This document shows positions 1 to 12,273 of a stretch of 64,000 nucleotides of DNA, in pieces. Numbering within the stretch: the first letter of the stretch is position 1; each line of letters opens with the position of its first letter. The DNA is from Tubulanus polymorphus. Taxonomy: Eukaryota; Animalia; Nemertea. The notes under the pieces were generated by a model. It was given only the letters and a program-made list of their open reading frames with translations. It did no database searches and was not told where the DNA came from. The stretch is taken from assembly GCF_964204645.1 (NCBI RefSeq), contig NC_134025.1, forward strand, positions 20,311,101-20,375,100. The letters run 5' to 3'. The translations under genes and the position numbers were made by a program.

Positions 1-501
1 TTTACGCAAGCCATGGACTGTTTTGACCTTCAACCACACGCGTTTTCCGTGACAACCTAATCTTTGCCTAAACCGGTCAGTTATTATTGTCAATGAACTG
101 CACTGATCCATTAACGCATACGTAACTATAGGAATACTGTCTTTTCTGGAAACCATAACTGGGACGATCGCCATTTTGTCGCCGTTGCCTACTTCAGATG
201 TACTGGCCGTTATTGCACTGATCTCCTTTACCAAAGAATTGCCATCTGTCTTTACTCGTGATGGGTCGTGTAGGAGGGTAGGATGGTACCCTTTGCAGTA
301 ACCACAGATAGCCTTTTTTCTACAAAGCCGACGATGATGGCCAAACCGCAAACACCCGAAGCAGACACCTTTCATTTGTACAGCTTTCACCCGATCGTTG
401 AGCGACATTTGCATGAGCTGCGGGCATGACTCAAGATTATGACTATTCTTGGAGCAGTAACGACAAATTGGAGTCGGAACAGTTACTGCACAACTACGTG
501 C
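1..501 (-). mobile_element. BEL/Pao LTR retrotransposon gag-protease fragment (runs off the window edge)
   Basis: My minus-strand translation is open from 501 to 1: CRYCSKNSHNLESC...VCFGCLRFGHHRRLCRKKAICGYCKGYHPTLLH (three Cys/His knuckles typical of BEL/Pao Gag), followed by IVPVMV...TYALMDQCSSLTIIT (aspartic protease-like ALxDxxS motif). In-frame stops occur upstream of 501. Confidence 0.85.
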
Positions 502-814
502 CTAAATCTTCACTAGTTTCTAACAGTAATGCATCAAACGAATGTAGTATGTCAGATTAAGAACTTTGTTTTACATACCTATTTACTTTGGAGTATGTGC
601 TACGCTGTCTGTATTAGAACTCAATGTCATCATTTCCAATATTGCACTCACTTTATTTATATGCTAACTTACCAACATCACCACTGGTGATGTCAGCCGG
701 TATGGTGATGGCATTCTCTGTTACTCAGCGTGTTCATGCATCATGTACCATGCGTTTTTCCATAGTTAACGCTCTACACACTTCCAATTATGTGCAATTT
801 TTTTGAATGGTAGC

Positions 815-1275
815 TATGATGGGTAGGTGGATAAAACCTATTGAAAATTAGCTTTCTCGATCATCCAATATGGCCGCCACAGACATTTTGAATTTCTTGT
901 TAGCAATATGCATGCATTAGATAATATGGAATTTCTTTTAAACTTGGATGGTCTAATGGGGTAGGTACATGGATTAAACCTATTGGAAAAATTGCTTACC
1001 AATACGGCCGCCACGGTGGACATCTTGAATTTCTTTTTAGCTATCTACATGCATTAAATAAGTTGCGATTTCATTTAAACTAGGAAGGTGCAAATTGGGT
1101 AGTCCATAGATTACACCAATGGACATATGGTCACCAAGGCAGACATTTTGAATTTCTTGTTAGCGCTGTTCATGCATTAAATAACATGCAATTTCTTTTA
1201 AACTTGGATGGTCTAATCGGTAGGTCCATGGATAAAACCTCTTGAAAATCGGCTTTCTCGCCTACCAATATGGCC
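815..1275. repeat. Diverged tandem repeat of about 4 units of 120-140 bp, probably internal to a non-autonomous Helitron/Helentron-type element
   Basis: The motifs ggtaggt(c)catggataaaacctattgaaaat, ccaatatggccgcc and cattttgaatttcttgttagc recur near 821, 958, 1098 and 1218. Confidence 0.65.
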
Positions 1276-1856
1276 TGGATGCTGAAGCTTTATAAAAAGA
1301 AGCAGTTCTAGTTAATGAATCTCAAACTTAAAACTACTTTGTTGTTATTGTTCTACAGGTTCACTCAGAATAAGTTTGTTTTAACACTTCTTTTAACGAA
1401 TATTTCTGTCATTTTCATCTCCAGCTGCTAGGAAATACCTTCGAAATGAGGTCCCAATTTTGTTGCAAAGATACCCCCCCTAAAATAAACATCATGCTAT
1501 GGCCCTGTGTACATAAGCTGTGGATGATGGCCGATTGATATTTATCTTTTATGTGAATGACAATTCCATTTCAGAAATCGGAAGAAAGTTTTAAAGGGAC
1601 GTACATCTACATCGTCTTACTGGTCAAGTCCTGATGTGGTCAGTATAACATCATACATTCATAGACATTTTGTCTGAACATTTAGATGAACACTGTGCTT
1701 ATTCCTCTATCTCATTTTCAGCCGTTCAAGAAGCCTCCAAGCTCCAAGCGTGTCAAACAATATCCTTTTACTTAATAATCTCAGAATCAGCATTTGAAGA
1801 CTTTTTGAACTTTGACACCCTTTTAAACCAATTTACCCGATGTTTCTTATATATGT

Positions 1857-2090
1857 AGGGCCCATCATCATGACTAATGTTGGGTTGATTGGACACAAGA
1901 TGGTCGTCGCGTGACCTTTTTGTGCCCAAAAAGGGCATTTTTGGCCTGAATTCCAAGATCTGTCACTTACTACTGGTTTGCCATTTTGCATTGAAATTTG
2001 CAATGGGTATACTTTTGGATGGGATCATTGACATACCACAAGGGTTTTTTCAATCAGTCAATTTTTTTCGCAATTTGGTCATCTAGGTCT
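1857..2090 (-). mobile_element. Fragment of the dispersed repeat found at 8360-8590 (inverted); a weaker copy lies near 35770-35960
   Basis: gggcccatcatcat...ttggacacaagatgg...tttttggcctgaattcc...ctggtttgccattttgcattg matches the reverse complement of 8440-8586. Confidence 0.6.
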
Positions 2091-4001
2091 TATCACCCCT
2101 CACGCGTTAATGCAATAAAGGTTTTTTATAGTCTCGATATTTGATAATTGTCAGCAATGTCATAAGGTACATTTCCATACTTGGAATTGGGGTTATCCAG
2201 TTTTCGTGATTTGGCTGATAACTTACAGACCGGTTTAATTGCTTAGAACAAGGACAATTGCTAGGTCAATGAATTAATCTCTTGGGACCATGGTTTTTTC
2301 TACGAATCAGACATTATACGTAATTCGTATTTTCTATGAATCATATATAATTCGTAGAATTAACGATTTGTCAAATAATTTGTATAAAACCTGCTAAGAA
2401 TTGTTTCCACAGGCATCGGAACAAACGCCGCACGCCACAGCCATTCATTGTTTAGACTTAATGGTGGGAAAATATGTCACGTGGCCACGGCACGCTCAGT
2501 AGCAATGACTGACAAGTAATTGATGAACTTGCCAATCACTGCCAGCAGGGGAAACAGTGGGATGCGAATTACGCGTCGCATTTTCAATTGATTTTAAGAA
2601 AAGGCACCGTGGATACGGCGACGATTTATGAATTACGAAGTATGAATTATCTGATGGAAATTAAAGGGAATAACGGAGGAAAAAAATCTGGACCCTTCAT
2701 ATTTAAACAAATTATGTAGTTATACGAATCAACCGATGACGAATTAAGCGAGGTTGACTGTCATATGTGCCCTATAGTCTGGTCAATATAACCTATGAAC
2801 AATCATCCCATACGGGAGTTGAAATGATTGATCGTAGATATATCTCAAAATGGGGCTTAACCGGGAAAACATTGCCGCAAAAGGTTTTTTGATTGATACC
2901 ATATCTATTATTGAGTGTGCTGAACAACATACTAAAAGTCTTCCAAAGTCTGCGCACCCGAAGTCCAATTTTTCCTGTATCAGAAAATCAGCCAATACTA
3001 AAAAATATGGCTCATAAAGTTAGTCATATGGTTACAGATTGTTGATTCCTTAACAATTCTTACTAGTACCCCAGCAAACGTACAAGTATTGAATGATGTA
3101 CCGAAATCAAAAAATAAAGAAAACCACCGGCCAAAACACAATGCAGGTCAGTATAACTTTTTGCTTCATCGTTAATGGTTTTTGCACCTACCCCATGGTT
3201 TGGTGTATCCATTTAACTACAAATTAGTTAAAATATCTATTGAACAATGGCAACACCTGTCAAACATTGTAATATTTATAGTAACAAATGATGCACTGCA
3301 TTGCAGGGTAGGCGCGATATAGGTGTGTCTGTTATAAGACTCACTGGTGTAGAATTTTCCAAAATGTACAAATTATTTCCTGCACTATCGCAGACCTGAC
3401 TATGACTATGAATTTCATTAGTTTTAGGACCTCACTACTCCCAAAAATATGATAATACCCCAAAAATCTGAATAATTTCTAGCTCATTTGTAATTAAACT
3501 TCTATTTTTGATCTCACATTATTCTTGATTTTGGTGAAAACTACTTTTATTACAGGTAGTCACACCTGCTATAGGGTGTGTGATTGTCAGCACTGAAATG
3601 GTTAAAGTGATATATATTCTGCAACCGTCAAATCTGCTGGAAAACACTGGGCAAATTAGGGACCTAAAATAACAATGTGTGGGTCATAGTCGAACTGAAT
3701 CCAATCCATCGGTCTTGTTTGAAATTTGACCCTAGACTTGAAGCATTGAAAATGAACCTATTTTACCAGGCCCTGTAATATTGTATGATGTAATGTATAC
3801 CTATAAACGTCAGGCATATTTCGTCTTTTCAGGGGATAAATTGACTGGGAATCGATCAATGGATTTATCAGATATTGAAGGAAGATTGACAAGACTACAG
3901 CAATTTCTTCACTCAAATATGCCATCCTAGGACTCTGCACTTTCAAGTTTAACCTGAAAACTGGATTATGTCATCTGCTGGTTGGATGACGCATGTACAT
4001 A

Positions 4002-4157
4002 GGGATCATTCATTTATTACGTACACATAAAGTTTGAACTTTTCAACCCCCATGTACGCAAAATCGGCCATTATTTCATATACATTAAACATTACAGTAC
4101 GCAATTGCACTGACCCCTCCCGCTCCCCTAATGCTTACGTAAAAAATGAATGATCCC
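4002..4157. mobile_element. Short MITE, unclassified DNA transposon
   Basis: TIRs gggatcattcatttattacgta / tacgtaaaaaatgaatgatccc, with ata on both flanks. Confidence 0.7.
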
Positions 4158-4169
4158 ATAGTGTATTCG

Positions 4170-4171
<2 letters not shown>

Positions 4172-4229
<58 letters not shown>
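4172..4229. repeat. (TA)n microsatellite
   Basis: Uninterrupted TA run. Confidence 0.95.
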
Positions 4230-4231
<2 letters not shown>

Positions 4232-5976
4232 TACTAGGGTTTCATTTTAAAATTCACATCTTAAAATTTATGTTATATTTAGTGGTAATAACTAGGGGCC
4301 TGTTTATAGACTGGTACCACATGGGCCAGTTGCATGGTCTTCCTAGTTCTGTAGCCAATCTATTAAGAGTTATAAGACTAGTCTTAAGACTTTAGACTTG
4401 TTTCTGGACTCAAAACTAGGACCATGAATATTTTAGATTTGAGTTTTTTTCACAGTTTCTCATTGTTGCTACGGTATTACCAAGGTACTATCACAGTGGA
4501 TTCATGGATTATTTTAGTTAATTACAAAATCAGACCAATCAGTTAAAATTTTCATTTCTTTATCTGATTTTTAGAACTGTTGAATATGAAATATGCAGAG
4601 CATTTATAAACATTTATTGATAGAAGGTAGCTGGTCTACTCCGTATTGGATTGTAGTTAGGTAGATGACAAATTGAAATAGATTTTCAATTGTAATATTT
4701 CAAACAAAAAAAAATTTTATGACAATTTAATTTTTTAAAGTAGAAAAAAATGTAAAATAGTTCTAAGCAAAAAATTTTGTTTATTCAGTTCATGTTTTCC
4801 TTTAATATCGAATGACTTCAAACTTAAAGCTGTTTAGTGGATTACGGTACTGGTCATGAGAGTAGAATTATTATTCAAGACTATCTGTGCTCTTGAAACT
4901 AATTTGACTTGGTATATAATAAAGCACCTCATACCTTATTTTAAAATTAAATATTTGAGTTGTTCTGTATCTGGAATGAAGGTTCGATTGTTTCTTGAGA
5001 AAATTTCACATCATGAAGACTGACCCTCACCCCCTAAACCTATATCCTTTTAGGTTAGATAGTCTAAGGTTTAGTGACACCCATATATAAAATACTAAAT
5101 CCAAGACCCTCTTTGGATGGCCCTGTAAAATACATGTAATTTAGGTGCCATACAGTCAACTCCACTTAACTTGTATCTTTTGGGGACTGGTGATTTTTAT
5201 ACAGATTTAGGGAAATATGAATAAGGTGACTTTCAATTTCCCACTTCCCCAAAGTGGTCATATGACCATATCTTGGTGTTTAACTTCAAATCAGTTATTG
5301 AAAATAAATTGTGTTGTGCATGAACTGTATTGAATATATAATCCAAAAATCTTCAAAAAGTATGAAGCAGAGAATGACTCACTTTTGTTTGATTGCCATG
5401 GTTTGGGGGAGATACACAGAAGAGGAATGGATTATTCCGCTGCATAGAACCTGAAGAAAATGAAACTAAAAGTGGCTCCCACTCGGTGAACAAGCCGATG
5501 ACCCTATCGATCTCAGCAGTACTACGGATTAACCGGTTTGATTACCATGTAATTTCAGTAAATGGACTGAAAATCTAGTACCGGTACGGCAAAAATACTT
5601 TTAAGTTATTTCTTCAAGTAAAATAAATTATCTATTAAAGGTTTGACCTGAAAAAAATCCAGATTTGCCAACCACTTATGACATATGAGAAATTACAAGT
5701 GAATCGCTTTCTGGATTGGGTCCAACCAAAAGCAAAAGGCAACTGATGAGATACAAAACAGGCAGCCTGTGGAGGTTGCAAATGGATCCCTCTATATTCG
5801 GAAATTGTGCAAACAAGACTGAATCTGTGAAGATGAGAATAGAATTACAAACTGGTAGCTATTTTTCTTCCATTCCCCTTAGATTTGCCCCTCCCGGGCC
5901 CGTCTAGTTAGATGAATATTATTTTAATTGTGGATTCAGATAGATGATGCGATTCCATATTCGCTCTCCAAGCTAA

Positions 5977-6340
5977 GGGGCCATGCGTAAATTACGTATG
6001 CACATATGGAGGGGGAGGGTTAATGTTAACAGTACGTACTTTGTGCACGAAACACGATGTGATTTTTACAACTAGCCCCAATATTTGTTGGGATTTCCTG
6101 GGAATTCCCCACTCCTGGTCTTTCACTTCGTCAATAAGTACATCGTCGTCGGAGCTCTGATGTCCAGTGCTGGTAATTTTTTTAATCCATGGATCCTGAA
6201 AAATTCACTTTTACAGGGAGGGGGTCAATCATAAAAGTATGTATGCAAGGAGGGTTATAAGAAAACGTACATAGAGTGCACATGGGGGAAGGGGGTTAAA
6301 ATACCTGGAAGTCAAGCGTATGTACTTATTGCACGGCCCC
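5977..6340. mobile_element. MITE related to the element at 4002-4157
   Basis: TIRs ggggccatgcgtaaattacgta / tgtacttattgcacggcccc, with AT-rich taa/tta flanks. Confidence 0.65.
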
Positions 6341-6548
6341 TTAAGTGTATATCGTCACCATGCACTAACCAGTTTAAGTTTATATCCAGATGACATGTCA
6401 TATGAGAAGCCACCTCCTTGAAAAAAGTAATGAAGTCACCGAATCATTGGCTAATTTTCTATATAAATTATTATTTTCAACACCATACAGACTGCATTAA
6501 TACACCTACTAAAACATAAAAATTGCATGAACCGGTACTTAAGGTATA

Positions 6549-6668
6549 CAGTAGACTCAGCAAACTGAAAATCTGTATACATAGGAATATCGTTCTTCAG
6601 TTAAATTCCCCAATCGTCTACTATGAGTGACAAAATATGAAGGTGTTAAGAAATTGCTGAGTCTACTG
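6549..6668. mobile_element. 120-bp Tc1/mariner-type MITE
   Basis: TIRs cagtagactcagcaa / ttgctgagtctactg, flanked by TA on both sides. Confidence 0.75.
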
Positions 6669-6703
6669 TATTAACTTAAAAAATGCCATCACCCTTATCA
6701 CTC

Positions 6704-6729
6704 ACCAGGGAAGTGTACACTTCCCTGGT
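6704..6729. repeat. Perfect 26-bp palindrome between 7-bp direct repeats
   Basis: accagggaagtgtacacttccctggt, with tatcact at 6696-6702 and 6729-6735. Confidence 0.8.
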
Positions 6730-7412
6730 ATCACTAAGTACTGAAAGGTAAGCTTGGGCCTTTACAACGATCTTCTCTGGTGATGTCAGAGTAGACCTAA
6801 TAATAACTCATAAACTAACAATATGAAAAACACATCCCAATTACAGACATAGTAAACATATATTGTATCACTCCTCAGTTTTATCAGGGAGGTATCAACT
6901 GCCTCCCTGGTTTTAAAGACCATTTTACCAAACGCGTTGCCAGGCTTAATTAAACTGCTGGTCAATTGAGTGAAAATGGTTCCAGTAATGGCAAAATATC
7001 TAAAATGCATCCATTCACATGCATTTAGATCAATTATCTTTTGAGTGATTATTCAGAAAACGAATAAAGCGCACCACATAATTTGCCAATCTACCGCAAT
7101 ACAAAATGTAGAAAACACCCCACATTACAGTGGAACCTCACACCAGTAAGCCAAATTTGGATGCAGTATCAACTTATCAACTTGACCCTGATGAGTATGT
7201 CGAAATATATTTAGTCATGGGCGTCCCCAGGATTTCTTAGGGGAGTTCGTTTTTGGAATAGAAGGGGGATCTGGGGGTCTTCCAAATTTTTGAAGATTTC
7301 ATGCAAGCAGGCGCGTTCTGGTGCAATCTGAGGCCGTCCAATCAAGGGCCAATTTTATTGCGAGACCAGCGCTAATTCCACACCTCGCTCGCTGTCCTGT
7401 GTGCATCGTTAA

Positions 7413-7633
7413 GGCTAAAAAAAATTGATACCTTGTTTCTCCGCTCTCCCGAGCTTAAATGTTGACCCGGCCGGCCGCCTATCTACCCTATACATTACTT
7501 TTTTTTAAATCGTGATCAATTTTACCATAACAGACCCGCCCGCTATAGAAATGAACTGTTTACAAATTTTATCATATTTTAGAAAAAATGACCCGGCCGC
7601 TGCGGAGAAACAAGGTATCATTTTTGTTTAGCC
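7413..7633. mobile_element. MITE with TAA TSD (Zator- or PIF/Harbinger-like)
   Basis: TIRs ggctaaaaaaaattgataccttgtttctccgc / gcggagaaacaaggtatcatttttgtttagcc; taa on both flanks. Confidence 0.75.
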
Positions 7634-7807
7634 TAATGCATACTGAACACAGAGAGGCGTAGCTGGGAAAGTTTTGATTTTCAATGTAATGTAGTCAAGT
7701 CACCACCAATGATTAAATTGAACAGCAGATTTATATAATATTGTTTCATTTTGCTAATTTAGTAAATGCAGACCATGTGCCAATGTTTGTTGACGTTTGA
7801 AAATTAA

Positions 7808-8906
7808 ACTAGGGGTCCAGGGACACCATGCCCACTTGGGAAGTGGTTTCCAATGCTCAACAATCTAACAATTTCAATATTCAACGCCGCCTGGTGACCA
7901 TATACAAAAACCAATGACCTTGAAACTCACTACAATCATAGAAAATGTCAGCTGCTACGATTTTGTAATTGATTGTGTAACAAAATATGCCTCGTTACCA
8001 ATCTAATATGGAAATACTAAGTAATTCTACTATTCAATGCCCCCTGGTGATCATATGCAAAACCCAATGACCTTGAAATTCACCACAATAATAGAACATG
8101 TCATAAACTACAACTTTGCAATTGATCATGGTAACAAAATATGCCTAGGTACCATAATAAGGAAATACTAAGTTATTCTACCACTCAACGCCCCCTGGTG
8201 ACCATATAGAATAATTAATGTCCTTAAAACTCACCACAATCATAGACAATGTCATGAGCTACAACTTTGCAATTGATTGTGGTAACAAAATATGCTTAGG
8301 TATCAATATAATCTGGAAAAACTTTTTTCCACCTACGAATGAGTACTGATGATACCAAGATGGCCGCCAATTACGTCTAATTGGCCGATCAAAAATTCCT
8401 GTCTCGGGTATAAAACATCCCTTTCCAAAGAATAACCTTTCACAAATTGCAATGAGAAATGGCAAACCAGTAGGAAGCTATAGGACTCAGAATTTGGGCC
8501 AAAATTGACATTTTTGGGCACTAAAAAGGTCATAGGATGGCCATCTTGAGTCCAATTGACCCAATTTTTCTTATGGTGATGGGCCCTTGGAGGATTCAAA
8601 TATGTACGAAAGATCAAGGTAATTGATTTAAGTGTCTTCAAAATTTCCCTCAAAAAGTGTAAAAAGTGCTGATTTTGACGAACAACAATGGCTGCCAGTC
8701 AGCTATATTGATTGTGACAGGGCCAGTTTTTGGGCTGAAGATGTGTCTAGGGTAGATACATGTATTAACCAAATATCAAGACATTACCTTGAAGCATCTT
8801 TAAAACTTCCCAAAATAACTGGATTCCGTCTACGGACGGATGGACGGACGAACGGATGAAAAGTGAACGCAATAGCCCACTGGGACTAAAGTCCCAAGTG
8901 GGCTAA
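7808..8906 (+). mobile_element. Non-autonomous Helentron/HINE (DINE-1-like) element with three internal ~152-bp tandem repeats
   Basis: Subterminal inverted motif gcccacttggga (7830) / tcccaagtgggc (8892); terminal hairpin tagcccactgggac-taaa-gtcccaagtgggcta; (GGAC/GGAT)n microsatellite at 8833-8857; tandem units start near 7879, 8031 and 8182. The same 5' end occurs inverted at about 44920-44955. Confidence 0.7.
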
Positions 8907-9456
8907 AAAGGGGGTTCGTTCGAGCTACCAAACACCCCCCCCTAGGGAAGCCCATGGTAGTTTCAAATTTAATACAGTGGAATTTTAACAAACTTGGGTA
9001 TGAAGATTTGTTTTTATAATGCAAACTAATGAGTAAACTTGATATTGATTTTCATACTCGATAACAAACCAAATTTTCTGTCCCTCGGTCCAGTTTCAAA
9101 ATAATCAGGGCAAATCAACTAGGGGAAAATCTTGCTTGTCTGTCTAATAGAAATTTACTAAGCTGTTAATCTACCCCTACCGATAATATTTGAGGATGCT
9201 GTGGCTACATTATTCAGCAACCTGTCTGTGGTTTAGTTTCACGATCGAATATTTTCACAAAACAGCCCATCAAATTACAGTAGAGTTGAACAGTTACCTG
9301 TATCCCAGTTGATCGGATCAAACTGGGATGGAATCTAATGTAAGCTTACCACCAACGATTAGCTTAAAACTATTATCTATGGCTATGTTTAGGCTAAACA
9401 ACTCAAAAACATTAACACTACAATTTACAATGAACACGCACTAAATGAATTTGACG

Positions 9457-9818
9457 TTAGCTTGTCTTTTTTGCCCCGACTACTGCACTGATTCGTTCAG
9501 TGATACTAGGCTGATGAAAAAGTCTCGTCAGTTCTCTTATTTGCGCATCCTGTCTTTCTAACTGCATTGCTAATTCGGTTATCTTATGATTAAGTTCGAC
9601 CAAAGAATTGTTTTGAATGTCCTCCTTTTCTTGTGCATTTTTATTTTGCCGCCAATACTCGAAATACAGAGTTCCAACGGCTACTGAAAATATGATAACT
9701 TCACCCAATAAGTCGGCACCCAACTCAATAGCTAGCTCTTCATTCAAAGGCTTTACTTCCTTGATATTTCCAAGGCCCATGAGTCGCATTTTCAACTTCG
9801 TATCCATCCAGTGATAAA
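9457..9818 (-). CDS. OPA3: Optic atrophy 3 protein homolog, exon 2 (terminal coding exon)
   Basis: Acceptor tttcag at 9824-9819. Translation (F)YHWMDTKLKMRLMGLG..KPLNEELAIELGADLLGEVIIF..LYFEYWRQ plus a coiled coil matches the recalled OPA3 signature YHW..KMRIMG..KPLNEE.A.ELGA.LLGE..IF. Joins exon 1 in frame (154+362=516 nt, 171 aa). Confidence 0.95.
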
Positions 9819-10823
9819 CTGAAACATAGAACGGTTTACATTATAAGAGACTGAAAACAGGTAGTTGATCCATAAGCCTAGATCAAAATACGATTAGCGG
9901 TAAAAATCCTCAATTCTCCAAAGTAGGTAAAAATCATGGACGTTTTGACTCGGGAGTGCAAGCAGATACAATCCTAAGATATATATATACATATATCCAA
10001 AAGGGCTCTGTGCTTTGTAGGTATCGGTCCAAAGAACATTCATACCAAATTTGGAATTTATCTGATGAAAACTAGGAATAGTAGCAATTTGAAGAAAAAG
10101 TTGACAAGACGCACAAACGAACGGACGCACGGATGAGCTGGGGAACTAACAGACGGATGAACTTTTTAGCTCCGGCTAAAAAGTTCATTAATTTTAACAA
10201 TTCATTTAACTCCAAGAATCTTGTCGCGACAAGAGTTCATTGCACAGTTCAAATATATTGCACTTTTATTGCTAATGAATAGAATTGAAGAAATATCTTG
10301 CTTTGAAATGTTCTTGAAAAATTGCCAGGTGGGGATTTTAAGCTAATTTGAAGATTTAGAGATTTTAACCCAGGAGATTCTTGCCCGGGTAACCTTACCC
10401 GGGGAGTCATACCCAGGGGATTTTTACCGAAGGGATTTTTACCTAGGCCTAGTGGATTTTTACCCATAACCTCAAAATACAACATAGCTCAACTGACCCA
10501 AAACCTTTTCTGTACATCTGTTTCTGTAGTTACGGATACTCGACTTAAAAGTTACAAAATGGTTGTTTGTCTCAAACACACCGTAACAACAAACATGAGA
10601 AGAAAAATCATCAATCTCTGACTGAATAGGCCTATAGGTTTTCAGTCCACAAATTGACTAACTCGCAAAATATATGCTGCTAATGTCGAATTCATAGAAC
10701 AATTTTAAGTTTCTCGCAATCTGAAAACTAACTACAACAAAACCTCTTATCTAGTTTTGGGGAAAATGTTTGTTGTGGAGAGGTGAGTCCAGACCCCTAT
10801 TGCAATCAGAAATTCGAGAGTTA

Positions 10824-11116
10824 AGCCGGTTATCAGGTCGACCTTGCGACGCGATCGTCGCGTCACAAGTGGGGGCGTAAGTCGGTTGCGATGCGACTGT
10901 GTGCAATTAGTTGCTCCCAGTTGCAAGAGCGCGTAGATCGTTGCGATGGTCGTGTCGCAGAAAGTAGAACATGTGCGACTCATTGCGACTAGCGTCGCTG
11001 GCAGTCGCAACCCGTCGCTGGCAGTCGCAAGGTAGCGTAGGTCGGTTGGTTGTTGCGATGCGATCGTCGCGTCTCAGTGAGTTGCAAGCCGTCGCAAGGC
11101 CGACCTACGCCGGGCT
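10824..11116. mobile_element. PIF/Harbinger-type MITE in the OPA3 intron
   Basis: Imperfect TIRs agccggttatcaggtcgaccttgcgacg / cgtcgcaaggccgacctacgccgggct; TTA on both flanks; TIR core shared with the 31583 and 47407 elements. Confidence 0.7.
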
Positions 11117-11899
11117 TTAAGCGTGTAAATTAAGGGGAAATCCTGCTTGTGCCAGCAAGGCCAACACAACATATGATGCACCCTGCATACTAGACCAAAC
11201 TTTTGAAAAAATCAAACCTTTAAGAAAGGAGTACACAAGTAGGCCTACATCCGAGTCGAATATTGCAAGGATCCCGAACCATGTGTTGTTCTCTTACTCC
11301 AGACAAAAAATCCAGGGAATCAATTTGTCACTCAGGACCCATGGATTTCATACATGCAACAGTAATTTGTGACCTATGGCACCTTAAATGGGGGACCTCT
11401 TGTTCATTCTATTGACCGTACATACTATTTTTTGGATCCTGTCCTGTCCTGCCTTACACATCTTGAGGCTACTGATCTAATTGTGGTCTCATGCCAGGTA
11501 TCTATCGACTATGGAGAAGTTTACGTGTATCTACAGTGGAACCTCGTTCCAGCTTACTTTACCACGGGACCAGGAAATATGTTCCAAAGTATAAGCAATA
11601 GTTCGTTGTATTTCTATTCTCATTCTACAATTTGTACGTGAATACTATCAAACTTGTTCCTTTTCATTCCGTTTTTCATAATGATTATGTAATATCTAAA
11701 TCTACATTTTATCGCGGTGCTTCCGCTTTTAAACTGTTCGTTTATTATTTTCATACTTCTGATTTTTTAATCTTCATTAATTTATTCATTCTTTATGACT
11801 TCTCCCTCCAGAATCAGTAGAATTGTAACCTTAGAGGCTTTTAATCTTGCTTTTTAAAGACTTTGCAAAACCACCTGTCGCAGTATATTTCCTTTTAGA

Positions 11900-12040
11900 A
11901 ATATACCTTACCTCACCTTACCCTAATCCTATCCTTAGGGGTAAAACGGAACCCTCTGGAGCCTCTTCTCACCCTCTTGACACTTACCCTATCAAAACCC
12001 TAACCCTAAACCCAATATAATGATTTTATTGTTACTTTTA
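11900..12040 (-). repeat. Telomere-like (CCCTAA) segment of a dispersed element related to 17870-19074
   Basis: ccctatcaaaaccctaaccctaaacccaatataatgattttattgtt matches the reverse complement of about 17958-18004. Confidence 0.65.
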
Positions 12041-12273
12041 TTAGTTAACACTATATATATAGCAATAATGTACGGTAAAATAGCGGAAGTAAATACTTGG
12101 CTGTATACGGTTAAATATCCACTTCGAAAAAGGAAATTTGAAATTTCAGGGTCTTCTGCAACAAGCTCTTCAAGAGCCCGTTGATCTGCTCTGGATCTGG
12201 TCTGTTTATTCATTCACTACCAATTGTGACAAGTCCCTGTGATCTGCACCTGAGAATTGATGGGCCATGGACG

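Noticed and set aside
7183-7220. Hammerhead-like ctgatgagtatgtcgaaa
   Set aside because: Stem II would have only about 1 bp and no Penelope context is visible.
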